From positions 96,714 through 160,713 of the IMG/VR virus record IMGVR_UViG_2529292852_000001: a stretch of 64,000 nucleotides of DNA. The stretch is one strand, 5' to 3'. The position numbers and the translations under genes are program-made. Shown one piece after another: positions 46,625-55,974 of the stretch. This stretch comes from a virus (taxonomy: Duplodnaviria > Heunggongvirae > Uroviricota > Caudoviricetes). The notes below the pieces were generated by a model. That model was given only the letters and a program-made list of their open reading frames with translations. It was not told the DNA's origin and made no database searches. The stretch's first letter is position 1; the number at the start of each line of letters is the position of its first letter.

Positions 46625-47173
46625 TTAGACTTCATCAATTAATTTTTCACACGCTTGTACAACTTGTTTAACTTGACTAGGGCTTAGAAAAGCTTTGTTA
46701 TAACAATTGACTTGCCATGTTGGTTTAGGCTTTAACCCACTGTAGTACCATTCAAGAACTTCTGGCTGTAAGAAAACTGAATATCCAGGATAGCCAAAAC
46801 TTCCATGCGTTTCTTTAGTAATAATTGCGTGTAGGATCATATGCTCTACCGCATCACAGTAGACCAAATTTTCTTTTCTTTGCCAATCAAAAGGATAGCC
46901 AAAGTGTTGCAAATAAGTTTTGTTTGCAAGGTTTAACCCTTGATTTTCCATAACGTGATGGCAATACAATCCTTCTTTTGTTCGGCTAATTGACTTACCT
47001 TTGACTAACGTTTTACGCTCACCTAAAATGAACCCTGTATAACTAGCTTCAGTAAAGTAATCTTCCTTAGCTGCACCGTACTTTCCTTTTAGTGTATCTA
47101 CGGCTTGTTGATATGACATTTTAGCTAATTCTAAATATCCGTTAAATCGTTGCTCTTGACTTGTTTTTTCCAT
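46625..47173 (-). CDS. HNH-like (His-Me) nuclease-fold protein
   Basis: YCHHV..N..ENLVYC...EH..LH pattern. Confidence 0.55.
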   Translation of the reverse strand: MEKTSQEQRFNGYLELAKMSYQQAVDTLKGKYGAAKEDYFTEASYTGFILGERKTLVKGKSISRTKEGLYCHHVMENQGLNLANKTYLQHFGYPFDWQRKENLVYCDAVEHMILHAIITKETHGSFGYPGYSVFLQPEVLEWYYSGLKPKPTWQVNCYNKAFLSPSQVKQVVQACEKLIDEV

Positions 47174-47184
47174 AACATCGCCCC

Positions 47185-47376
47185 CTAATATTTGCGTAAA
47201 TAATCTTTAATAACGGCTAATTTTTGCTTTTGTGTCAACTTCTCAAACTCTCTTCTTTGCTTTTCATCTAACTCTTGCGTGAACCTATCGTAAACATCGC
47301 TAGGCTCTTTTTTATTTTTTGTTTCAACCATAAAATCACTCTCTTTTCTTTTTTGAAGAAATCTAAAATGCAACAC
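47185..47376 (-). CDS. Small hypothetical protein (likely start MVETK)
   Basis: Behind a TTGCTT-N17-TATAAT promoter near 47423-47451. Confidence 0.55.
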   Translation of the reverse strand: MLHFRFLQKRKESDFMVETKNKKEPSDVYDRFTQELDEKQRREFEKLTQKQKLAVIKDYLRKY

Positions 47377-47468
47377 TTAAAACTCGAAAACAACCGTTAT
47401 TTCAATACTTTTCATACATTTATTATATACCGCTACTCACCTTAAAGCAATATTTTTTATTTACTTTT

Positions 47469-48020
47469 TTAATTTACCGTTTTCAAAGTCCAACCATTAT
47501 TAAAATCAAACTTAGATTCCATATTTTCTTTCTTCCAAGTTTTATAAGTATAATACGTCATACCTTTCATCATGATATGGAGTTGCATAAGATTTTGAAT
47601 TGACGCTACAGCTTTGTTTGTTTCTTTATGTATGCGTCTGATTAACCCCACACGGTCATGATAAATTCTTACTACTTTATTCTTTTCGTCTATTTCATAA
47701 ATTCTTGACGTTCTTTCTTTATAAGCATCAATTGTATCTTTCAAGCCTAATTTAACCGCTCTTTTATAGTCATAACTCATCTTGGCTTCTCTAAAAGCAA
47801 ATGTAGGTGAATTATCTTCCTCAATTAATTTCTTAACTTTCTTAAGCCTGCGGTCAAAGCTTAGCTCTTTCCAATTAAGCTCTACTCTAGCGTTTAGAAT
47901 TATCTGCCTATCTTCTTCAAGGTAAGGTGGAACCCCTGAAATATCATCGTCCCACTCAGAGATAGGCTTCCAATTTTCTAATCGACTTACGCTTGGAACG
48001 ATATTTCTCATACGTTTCAC
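47469..48020 (-). CDS. Hypothetical protein, paralog of 44116..44616
   Basis: Shared N-terminal motif and C-terminal YYTY..WKK. Confidence 0.8.
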   Translation of the reverse strand: MKRMRNIVPSVSRLENWKPISEWDDDISGVPPYLEEDRQIILNARVELNWKELSFDRRLKKVKKLIEEDNSPTFAFREAKMSYDYKRAVKLGLKDTIDAYKERTSRIYEIDEKNKVVRIYHDRVGLIRRIHKETNKAVASIQNLMQLHIMMKGMTYYTYKTWKKENMESKFDFNNGWTLKTVN

Positions 48021-48054
48021 TTCCTTTTTTTGACTAATGATTATTTCAGCAAAT

Positions 48055-48107
48055 ACCCTGCCTTGCTCTCAAAAACAAGCGAACCATCAAATCAAGGTAT
48101 ACAGGGC
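48055..48107 (-). ncRNA. Mini tRNA-like element (copy D)
   Basis: GCCCTGT/GCAGGGT, ACC/GGT hairpin with GATTTG loop, CTTG-TTTTTGAGAG-CAAG, then AT. Confidence 0.7.
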
Positions 48108-48287
48108 GGTGCTGCAAAACGTTAATATAACGCATGGAAGGAAAATGTACCACACTTCCCTTCATTTAGATTTGTCTTGCAACACACAACAGTAGAACCT
48201 AGTTGCTGTTGGTTGGGACGATTCTACTGTCAATGACTCAGTCCCCTTTGACAAGTACTGAGCCTAGAGTTAGTTATCTTTTATCCG
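48108..48287 (-). ncRNA. Structured non-coding segment 5' of mini-tRNA D
   Basis: Hairpins CTCAGT/ACTGAG, ACAGTAGAA/TTCTACTGT and GAAGGGAA/TTTCCTTC. Confidence 0.45.
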
Positions 48288-49109
48288 TTAAAAGCTATGT
48301 TGATATTTTCTACCTAAAAATTTTGCCATTAGAAATGCTACTAACTTCTTACTAAAATTTATTTCTTCCAAGTAAACCACTGGTAATTCACTAACACGTT
48401 TTTTATCAATAACACCATCTTCAAACTGTTTTTCTAGCCAAACGTTAAAGATAATTTCACTTACACGTCCATAGAAACGTTGTTGGAAGGCATCCAAGTT
48501 TTGCGTTCCTAGACGCTTTTCAAGTTCAAATAAGATATCAAATAACCATGTACAATAAGCGTCTAACAAATCTTTCCTCATAATAACCATATTAAACATA
48601 TATCCTGAAGTCTTATTTATTACCTTCTCATATGTATCAGCATATTCTGGATATTTTTCCTTGATAATATCAAAGGTTACATCTAGCTGATTAGAATAAT
48701 GTGTGTGTTCATAATGCGAATACAGAGTTTCAATATAGTATCTTCTCTTTTTCGGTAATATCACATCATAGTTATCTAACATTGGTTCTAATTCATCTTT
48801 TGTAATCACCCAGCTAAGCCTATCTTTACCATGATGATAATTCTTTCCACCAAAATGACGTCTATAATGAACTAAACCTATGTATTCAGCATCTACATGT
48901 TTCCAAGCCCAATATAGAGCTGTTAATTCACTATATCTATCATTTTTATCAGAAATATTATCTCCAACATTATCTTTTTGATATCCTAAGTCTTTACCTT
49001 TATTCAATTCAGCTCCTACTTGAATTGGTAAGTATAGGTTATTTAAGGGAATGCTCTCATATTGTTTATGAGTGGCTACTATTAATTTCGCTTTTTTCTT
49101 TTTTTTCAT
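48288..49109 (-). CDS. DUF4422 glycosyltransferase (polysaccharide biosynthesis)
   Basis: IVATHK, YLPIQVGA, DNVGDNIS.KN..YSELTALYWAWK, GLVHYRRHF, FNMVIM and QRFYGRVSE. Confidence 0.88.
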   Translation of the reverse strand: MKKKKKAKLIVATHKQYESIPLNNLYLPIQVGAELNKGKDLGYQKDNVGDNISDKNDRYSELTALYWAWKHVDAEYIGLVHYRRHFGGKNYHHGKDRLSWVITKDELEPMLDNYDVILPKKRRYYIETLYSHYEHTHYSNQLDVTFDIIKEKYPEYADTYEKVINKTSGYMFNMVIMRKDLLDAYCTWLFDILFELEKRLGTQNLDAFQQRFYGRVSEIIFNVWLEKQFEDGVIDKKRVSELPVVYLEEINFSKKLVAFLMAKFLGRKYQHSF

Positions 49110-49153
49110 AAATTAATCATTTCCTTTGATGAAATAATGTAATTATTCGGTAA

Positions 49154-51577
49154 TTACTCTTGACGCTTTCTATCACAAATTGAGTAGTAATTATCAGGAT
49201 TTTCCAGAAGATCATCTGTATTATCTACTTCTGGTAAAGCAAAGTCTTTTTCAGCCTCGAACTCTTGCTTGATGTCCTTCTTGTACCTACGTAATTCTTC
49301 ACCTTCATTTACAGCTTCTAATAATCCTGTAAAATCACTTAACTCCATACCATTCTTAGCAGTGATTTCCTTGCCACCACTTTGTTTGTAGTGGTTTTCA
49401 ATCCATAGGGCAAGCTTTGGTGAGAAGAATATTTTCTTCTTTAGTAAAGTTTCTAAATCAAGCACGGTGTTATACCAGTCGTTATGCTTAGTTCTAACCC
49501 TTCTTTTAGGATTTTCTAAAATGGTACGTAATTGTCGAGCTTGCTTGTAGTAAGGCAGCTTGACCTTAAGCATATTTCTAGTTCCGTAGATAACAAAACC
49601 TTCAGTATCTGTACGATCCTGTTGTTTATCAATAAACTTGCGTAGCTCTTCTGGAGTATTGAATGTTTGATAATCTAAGTTAAGGTATTTATCCATCAAG
49701 TCTAGTCTAACCTTACCTTCTTTGTCGTTATTAACAATCGCTAAAGGCATAATAATGTAGTCATACAAAGGATAATCCTTGCTGTAATCAATGATATGCT
49801 CGTTGTGCTTAACGTTAATAACTTCAAATAACACTGATGTATTACGATTGTCTGGATTTTTGTAAAAACTAGCTAAATTCTCACCTAAATTCTTACCGAT
49901 ACCGTAAGGATAAATTTTCTTGTCAAACATAAGGGCTTTACCAATTAACATACTGTGAAAGCTGCTTCCACCCTTGGATAAAAAGTGAATATATCCCTTT
50001 TTCTTATCATAAAAAGCAATCATCAAAAAACCGTTCCACTTAGTGTAAACCCTAGCTGGATAACCAACATTTTCTAAGGTTGACGTAGGTGTTTGTCCTT
50101 CGTTAAAGAACTTCTTAAAACCACGTCCAACAATTTTGTCCCCACAAGTGAATAAACCTCTAGCATTAGTTGTAGTTGGAGTCCAACGATTATTGTTAAA
50201 TACTTCTCTAGTAAAATTGTGAGCTACAATACCATCACCAATATCAACGTCACGTATGTCTTCATCGTTGAATACATCTTCTACAAAGTTAGATACATTA
50301 GCTCTAGCTACAGTTGAAATAGATGTCTTTACACCATTTTCAGCTAACTTTAGTTCATAGTATGGCACAAAATCATCATTACATAGGTTAATGATATTGT
50401 TATTATCATCTGGCTTGTACTCAAAAACATTACGATGCCCATGAACTTGTTCTACTGGATTTTCAACGTTTACTGTAGCGTTAGCATAAGTTTTATCAAT
50501 GTCACGATCATAAGGTGAGCCAGTTTCTTTAAGGTTGATGCCTAGCGTAAACACGTTTTCGTTTAGCAGATGCAATGGCATATCCATAGCTACAGGTTCA
50601 ATACCAGCATGACTAACCAAGTACTTCTTGCCATTAAAGCTAAAAGCTAAGTAGTCTTCTAATTGTTTAGTATAGTTGGATAACAGTTCATCTAAATCTT
50701 CTTTAGAACCTACTTCATCTAATAATGTAGGATAGGTTATACGTCCAAATTGACCGCTAAAATTACCTGTTGTTAAATACTCTTCAATACGTTGCTCATG
50801 GTTTCCACGTAAGAAAAAGATGTTATTCCCCTTTAAACTATTAGCAAACTTCAATGTTTCTAAATTCTTAGTCCCACGGTCTAATAAATCTCCGCAGAAA
50901 ATGTAAGCTGTACCTCGCTTATGGTTAGCAAAGATTTCATTTAAACCATCATATTCACCATGGACATCACCAATAATCTTGATGCAATCAAACTTATTGC
51001 TAAAATCTGGATATTCGATTGTATTAAGGGTTTCTTCTAATCTAGCCACACACTCCTTAGGGTCTAGTACCTTGACCCATTGTGGAATTTGCTTTCTATG
51101 TGCATACCAACGGTTGACATATCTAGTAATAACTTCTCTACCAACTTTACGTGTACGGTTTGAATCACGTTTAACAAACTCATCAATTAAAGCGTTCATG
51201 CTACCATATTTTTTTGCTTGGTAGCTCATAAAATTGACTAAGTATACTTTATACCTATACTTAATCCTAAGCTTATTGAATTGTCTAAACGCTCCACGAT
51301 ACAACATAGTACTATCAACAAATGTTGTTTCACCGTTTTGCATACGTCTTTCTACAGCTTGATAGATTGTGTTCCAAACTAGGTGTTCATTGTTTTGATT
51401 AATTTCGTGTTTATGTAGCTTTTCACTTGTATCTAGTGCTAAGTTATAGTTACCAAAAAGTGTTCGTACCTTATCAGCAACGATTGTATAATCTTCTAAA
51501 TTATGCTCCTGAATAAACGTGGACTTCCCACTAGCAGGAGATCCCATTGTTAGATATAATTCTCGCATTAACTTCAC
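49154..51577 (-). CDS. Trifunctional polynucleotide kinase/phosphatase/RNA ligase (Pnkp-type RNA repair enzyme)
   Basis: GSPASGKST kinase; GDVHG, GDLLDRG, GNHE, SHAG and HGH metallophosphoesterase motifs; ARGLF..RGFKKFFN..KWNG Rnl1-like ligase. Confidence 0.88.
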   Translation of the reverse strand: MKLMRELYLTMGSPASGKSTFIQEHNLEDYTIVADKVRTLFGNYNLALDTSEKLHKHEINQNNEHLVWNTIYQAVERRMQNGETTFVDSTMLYRGAFRQFNKLRIKYRYKVYLVNFMSYQAKKYGSMNALIDEFVKRDSNRTRKVGREVITRYVNRWYAHRKQIPQWVKVLDPKECVARLEETLNTIEYPDFSNKFDCIKIIGDVHGEYDGLNEIFANHKRGTAYIFCGDLLDRGTKNLETLKFANSLKGNNIFFLRGNHEQRIEEYLTTGNFSGQFGRITYPTLLDEVGSKEDLDELLSNYTKQLEDYLAFSFNGKKYLVSHAGIEPVAMDMPLHLLNENVFTLGINLKETGSPYDRDIDKTYANATVNVENPVEQVHGHRNVFEYKPDDNNNIINLCNDDFVPYYELKLAENGVKTSISTVARANVSNFVEDVFNDEDIRDVDIGDGIVAHNFTREVFNNNRWTPTTTNARGLFTCGDKIVGRGFKKFFNEGQTPTSTLENVGYPARVYTKWNGFLMIAFYDKKKGYIHFLSKGGSSFHSMLIGKALMFDKKIYPYGIGKNLGENLASFYKNPDNRNTSVLFEVINVKHNEHIIDYSKDYPLYDYIIMPLAIVNNDKEGKVRLDLMDKYLNLDYQTFNTPEELRKFIDKQQDRTDTEGFVIYGTRNMLKVKLPYYKQARQLRTILENPKRRVRTKHNDWYNTVLDLETLLKKKIFFSPKLALWIENHYKQSGGKEITAKNGMELSDFTGLLEAVNEGEELRRYKKDIKQEFEAEKDFALPEVDNTDDLLENPDNYYSICDRKRQE

Positions 51578-51592
51578 CTCTTCGTTTGTGTA

Positions 51593-52066
51593 TTAGTAAA
51601 AATAATCCTTGAGGTAGACCTTAACCTCATTACCGTCTTGATAAACTTTGACTTTTCTTTCAGATAAGAATTTTAGCAAGCCACTATTTAGGTTAATTTC
51701 ATCAGCTTTATAAACTAATGTTTCTTTGTTTTCTTCCTCTAAGCGATTGCTAATATCATCTAAAACTTGACGGTTAGTTTCGTTTTGTTCTGCCAATTGT
51801 TTAGCTTCAACGGCTGTCAAAATGTTGATCGGAGTAAAGATATAAGGCCCTTGTTGTGGTTTTGCAAAGCCAATTATCAGCATTGAATATCCTCCAATCC
51901 TTCTTTGACCAACGATATAACCTAAGTTTCTAAGAACAGGTTCGACGTTTTCAATTTCAGCTCTTGTCCAAGCTACTTTGATAAGGTTATACCCTAGACT
52001 TGCATGTTCTTGGATTAACATTGCAGCTTTATTTAGTGCTACTAAATCTACATTTTTAATTTCCAT
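51593..52066 (-). CDS. Hypothetical protein, paralog of 39335..39856
   Basis: See 39335..39856. Confidence 0.75.
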   Translation of the reverse strand: MEIKNVDLVALNKAAMLIQEHASLGYNLIKVAWTRAEIENVEPVLRNLGYIVGQRRIGGYSMLIIGFAKPQQGPYIFTPINILTAVEAKQLAEQNETNRQVLDDISNRLEEENKETLVYKADEINLNSGLLKFLSERKVKVYQDGNEVKVYLKDYFY

Positions 52067-52114
52067 AAAGTTCAGTCCTTTCTTGCTTGCCCTACACTTC
52101 TGTAGAGATTACCC

Positions 52115-53161
52115 CTACACTAACTTCCCTAACATTCCAGCCAATTCTTCATTGTCATCTTCAGCGTTTTCTTGGTCTTGCCCCCAGCCTTCTTCAGGGT
52201 GAGAAACAAGCTTGTTGCCTTCCTTTTGTGTAAGCGTGTTGTAGTAAGCAGAACCATCAGCAATTAATGGAGCTTCTTCAATACCGTTGATGTAATTGTT
52301 AGCTTTAACTAACCACTTGCAGAATTGTTTGTAGCCTATGTCCATACTTTGATCATCAATGGTAAAAATGTCTAAACGTGGTGTTTTTTCTTTAGTCACA
52401 ACAATGTAGTGATAATCAATGGTGTAATCTTGATAACCATTGTCTAATAGCAATTGACGATATACCCCAGCTTGCCATGGAAATAACTTTTCAACCGTCC
52501 ATTCAACAGGCATGTAGCGATGCTTGCCAAAAATGTCATCGCCCCAAGCCCAACCACTTGGATCATAAGACTTAGCTGTTTTGTAATCGTAAGCATGTAT
52601 TGCTTTTTCTTGTTTATCGACTACATAAATGTCTAGCTTACCTTTATATTCAACATTGTCATAAACTGATTTAAATGGTTGTTCAATTAAGACTTCAAAA
52701 CGTTCTTGGTTAGTTATTTGTGAAATCATAGTTTGCATAATAATTTCTTTAACTGGATCACTGTTAATCACAACATTGAACCATTCTAAAATTGGCTTGT
52801 TAGTAGCCTTTAATTGGCCTTTAGTTTTACCCTTAGATGAAAATAGGTCTGAATATTCGTTTTCCTCTAGTGGCTTAATCTTATCAAAAGCGTATTGCTT
52901 AGCCTTTTCTAACAAGTTATCAACCCAAATTGAGCTGTCTTTTTCTTTAGTTAGTTTTACGTTTTCTTCATTGTTTATGTATTCCATTAAAAACTCAAGT
53001 AGGTCATGAAAGTATCTACCTTGAAGCAAAGCGTTATTATCATCAAACCATGGAAATTCACCTAAATAGTTAGCCAATGCTCGCTTAGGGTTTTGAGCAA
53101 ACAAGCGTACACTTGAAACAGATAAGGTTTTATCTTCATAATATTCATTATCTAAATTCAT
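52115..53161 (-). CDS. PD-(D/E)XK nuclease-like protein (DUF3799/RecE-like)
   Basis: LSVSSVRLF, ALLQGRYFH, YKGKLDI..DYKT, QAGVY and IVVTKE. Confidence 0.8.
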   Translation of the reverse strand: MNLDNEYYEDKTLSVSSVRLFAQNPKRALANYLGEFPWFDDNNALLQGRYFHDLLEFLMEYINNEENVKLTKEKDSSIWVDNLLEKAKQYAFDKIKPLEENEYSDLFSSKGKTKGQLKATNKPILEWFNVVINSDPVKEIIMQTMISQITNQERFEVLIEQPFKSVYDNVEYKGKLDIYVVDKQEKAIHAYDYKTAKSYDPSGWAWGDDIFGKHRYMPVEWTVEKLFPWQAGVYRQLLLDNGYQDYTIDYHYIVVTKEKTPRLDIFTIDDQSMDIGYKQFCKWLVKANNYINGIEEAPLIADGSAYYNTLTQKEGNKLVSHPEEGWGQDQENAEDDNEELAGMLGKLV

Positions 53162-53399
53162 TTATAACACGTCCTTTTTATTTTAAGAAATGTAAAATAC
53201 AACACTTTATTAACAAGTTAATCTTACCATTGTTAGTAGTTTTTGTAAACTTTTTTATAAACTTTTTTAAAAAGAAAAAATAAACAATATTATCTGTTGT
53301 TTTTATTGGCTTTTATGTTATACTACATGTGTAAGCGAAACAAAAGCTTTAATATCAAGGGTTTCGCCATAATTTAAAATTAATTTTAGAGGTGTTTTT

Positions 53400-53672
53400 A
53401 TGAATAAAACAGAATTGGTAGAAGCTGTTGCTAAAAAGATGGGTACAACTAAAAAAGAAGCAGAAGCAGCTGTTTCAGCATTCACAGAAACAGTTAAGGA
53501 AGCTTTAGCTGAAGGTAAAAAAGTACAACTAGTTGGCTTTGGTAACTTTGAAGTACGTGAACGTGCAGCTCGCAAAGGTCGTAACCCACAAACAGGTGAA
53601 GAACTCGACATTCCAGCAACTAAAGTACCTGCATTCAAACCAGGTAAAGGCTTTAAGGAAGTTGTAAAATAA
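53400..53672 (+). CDS. hup: Histone-like DNA-binding protein HU
   Basis: [51 protein letters not shown]. Confidence 0.97.
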   Translation: MNKTELVEAVAKKMGTTKKEAEAAVSAFTETVKEALAEGKKVQLVGFGNFEVRERAARKGRNPQTGEELDIPATKVPAFKPGKGFKEVVK

Positions 53673-53734
53673 CAGCTACATAGCTAATAAAAAGAACATT
53701 CAACTCAATGAATGTTCTTTTTTCTATGCTCTTT

Positions 53735-54766
53735 CTATTCGTAAGCTGAACGATCTTCCAAGTCTGGAACTAACGTAAAAGCAAGGTGTTCTGCCCTATT
53801 ATTATCAGCTCTACCATTACGCATAAAGCAAGCTTTAATTCTATCAGGACTAACTTGGCTTAACAAAGCTTCCCACTTGCTTCTTGGCAATTTGTTAGTT
53901 AACGGATTATCAGCGTATGTTTCTAGTATTTTTTCAATGTGTAGTTGATTAATTTTTTCATGGTTAATAAAATGATTTAATCTCATATCAATATAAGTAT
54001 TATCAACTGCATCAGCTAACCAATCTTGTGGTGTAGCATCGCCGTCTTCTTCAACCATATCTAAGTAGTCATCTACAGCATCTGGCAAGTCCCTTTCTAC
54101 AATTGTTTCAGGTACATTAGCTAGACCAACCTTACCTAAATCACTAGGTGTTAGTCCGAGTTCTGCTAAAAAGTATTCAATTCTAGCATCAATTTTTTGT
54201 TTCATGCCTTTTCTTAACGCTGGAATAACCTTATTCTTTAAATCAACTCTTTTTTCTTCTTTAACCCACATCATAAATTCATCATCAACTTTAGTTAAAT
54301 CTAAACGTATAATCTTTTCGCCTGGATATTTAGCTTTGATAAATTCACGATATAAGCCGTAAAGCGTAGCGGTATTACCAACCTTTTCTGATAATACATC
54401 TAAAGCTCTTGAGTTTATATAAAATCCAAGATTACCTTCAGTTTTCCATGAATCAACATAAATGTATCTAATATCACGAGAGGCATCGCTTGAAATAAAC
54501 TCTTCAAATAACTCTGGTGCATTCTTAAAGATATGCCCTTTTTGTCCTTCTTTTCTAGCGAAGATGTGAACTTCGTTGTTCCAGTCGGCAATGTTCTTAT
54601 CTACGTGTTTGAGAATCATTGCTTGAACCTTACCATCAGAAATATTTAAGTTTTTTCCTTCAGCTAAATCACTTGTTAATTCATACAAGTAATTTCTGAT
54701 AATTGGCTTAACTTCAGGCATTAAAGCTAAGTTTTTCTTATATTCTTCTTGTGATGTAACTGCCAT
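53735..54766 (-). CDS. Acidic hypothetical protein, paralog of 54828..55913
   Basis: Shared YP.EKI..(L/V)DL.K..DEFM.W and PLT.KLPRSKW.ALL..VSP.RI.ACF..FTLVPDLED. Confidence 0.85.
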   Translation of the reverse strand: MAVTSQEEYKKNLALMPEVKPIIRNYLYELTSDLAEGKNLNISDGKVQAMILKHVDKNIADWNNEVHIFARKEGQKGHIFKNAPELFEEFISSDASRDIRYIYVDSWKTEGNLGFYINSRALDVLSEKVGNTATLYGLYREFIKAKYPGEKIIRLDLTKVDDEFMMWVKEEKRVDLKNKVIPALRKGMKQKIDARIEYFLAELGLTPSDLGKVGLANVPETIVERDLPDAVDDYLDMVEEDGDATPQDWLADAVDNTYIDMRLNHFINHEKINQLHIEKILETYADNPLTNKLPRSKWEALLSQVSPDRIKACFMRNGRADNNRAEHLAFTLVPDLEDRSAYE

Positions 54767-54827
54767 CTTAACTCAGCAACCTTTCTTTTTTTGTTTTATA
54801 AGAAATGCAAAATGCAACTCTTATAGT

Positions 54828-55913
54828 CTAAGCAATATCTTCCAAATCTGGAACTAAGGTAAAGCCTAATTGTTCAATTTTGTTGACATCAACATTACCA
54901 TTTACGTTAAAGCAAGCTTCAATTCGTTCTGGGCTAACCCTAGAGCTTAACAAAGCAGCCCACTTACTACGTGGTAACTTGCTGGTTAATGGATCTTCAG
55001 CCATTGCTTCAACTAGTTTTTCAACGTGTAATTGACGTACCTTTTCTTTGTTGACAAATTGTTTTAATCTCTCATCAATGTATCTGTTATCATACACCTC
55101 ATCTATCCAATCAGGTACGTCATAACCGTCTTCTGAGCCACTGTTAATAGCGTCATCTTCTGCGTCCAAATAATCTTCAATTGCATCTGGCAAATCAGCG
55201 TTTACCATTTCGGCCACTACATTGCCTAATCCAGCTCTACCTAAATCGCTAGGGCTTAATCTAAGATTTGCTAAGAAATCACCTAGTCTAGCGTTAACCT
55301 TTTCTTCCATGCCTTTTTTAAGGTAAGGCTTAACGTATGAATTAACCCTGGATTGTCCATTTTCTTTTTCCCATTGCATAAATTCATCAGTAATCTTGCT
55401 TAGATCAACCTTTAAAATCTTTTCGCTAGGATAAGCTTCATCAAGAAATTTATGATAATCGCTATTTGATACATTACCTAAATTTTCAACTAAAGTTTTT
55501 CTTGCTTTTTCGTGCATATAATACTCAATGTTACCCTCTAATTTAAGCTTAGACTTAAAGTCAGAAATAAGGGCTTGTCCATTTCCTTCACTCAAAAATG
55601 AATTAAACAATTCTTCAGGGCTTCCTAGAAACTCTAACTTTTTATCCAGTGAATTAGCAAAAAACATTAGCCCATCATGCCATTGTTCAAAATTCTTAGT
55701 AACAACCTTAATAATAACTTCTTGAACAAGTTTATCATAAGGGTTGACACCACGTTGTTGTTCAAAGTCAATTGCTAGTTCAATTAGGTGACTACGTGCA
55801 ATTGCTTCAGCTTTTGGCACAAGTGTTGTATTACTTTTGCCATTAAATTGCATACTAGCCCAGCCTAATCCGTTAACATACTCTTTTCCCATGCGTTCTG
55901 TAATGCTTGACAT
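54828..55913 (-). CDS. Acidic hypothetical protein (probable start MSSITE)
   Basis: Paralog of 53735..54766; an AAAGGA RBS precedes MSS. Confidence 0.85.
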   Translation of the reverse strand: MSSITERMGKEYVNGLGWASMQFNGKSNTTLVPKAEAIARSHLIELAIDFEQQRGVNPYDKLVQEVIIKVVTKNFEQWHDGLMFFANSLDKKLEFLGSPEELFNSFLSEGNGQALISDFKSKLKLEGNIEYYMHEKARKTLVENLGNVSNSDYHKFLDEAYPSEKILKVDLSKITDEFMQWEKENGQSRVNSYVKPYLKKGMEEKVNARLGDFLANLRLSPSDLGRAGLGNVVAEMVNADLPDAIEDYLDAEDDAINSGSEDGYDVPDWIDEVYDNRYIDERLKQFVNKEKVRQLHVEKLVEAMAEDPLTSKLPRSKWAALLSSRVSPERIEACFNVNGNVDVNKIEQLGFTLVPDLEDIA

Positions 55914-55974
55914 AACTATCATATCCTTTCTGAAAATGGCGATGTTACAACCTTGTCCCACCGCCATTAATCTT

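Noticed and set aside
34495-48107. Mini-tRNA elements as canonical tRNA genes
   Set aside because: Only two arms, no 7-nt anticodon loop with a D-arm, no encoded CCA; no cloverleaf tRNA was found in the window.
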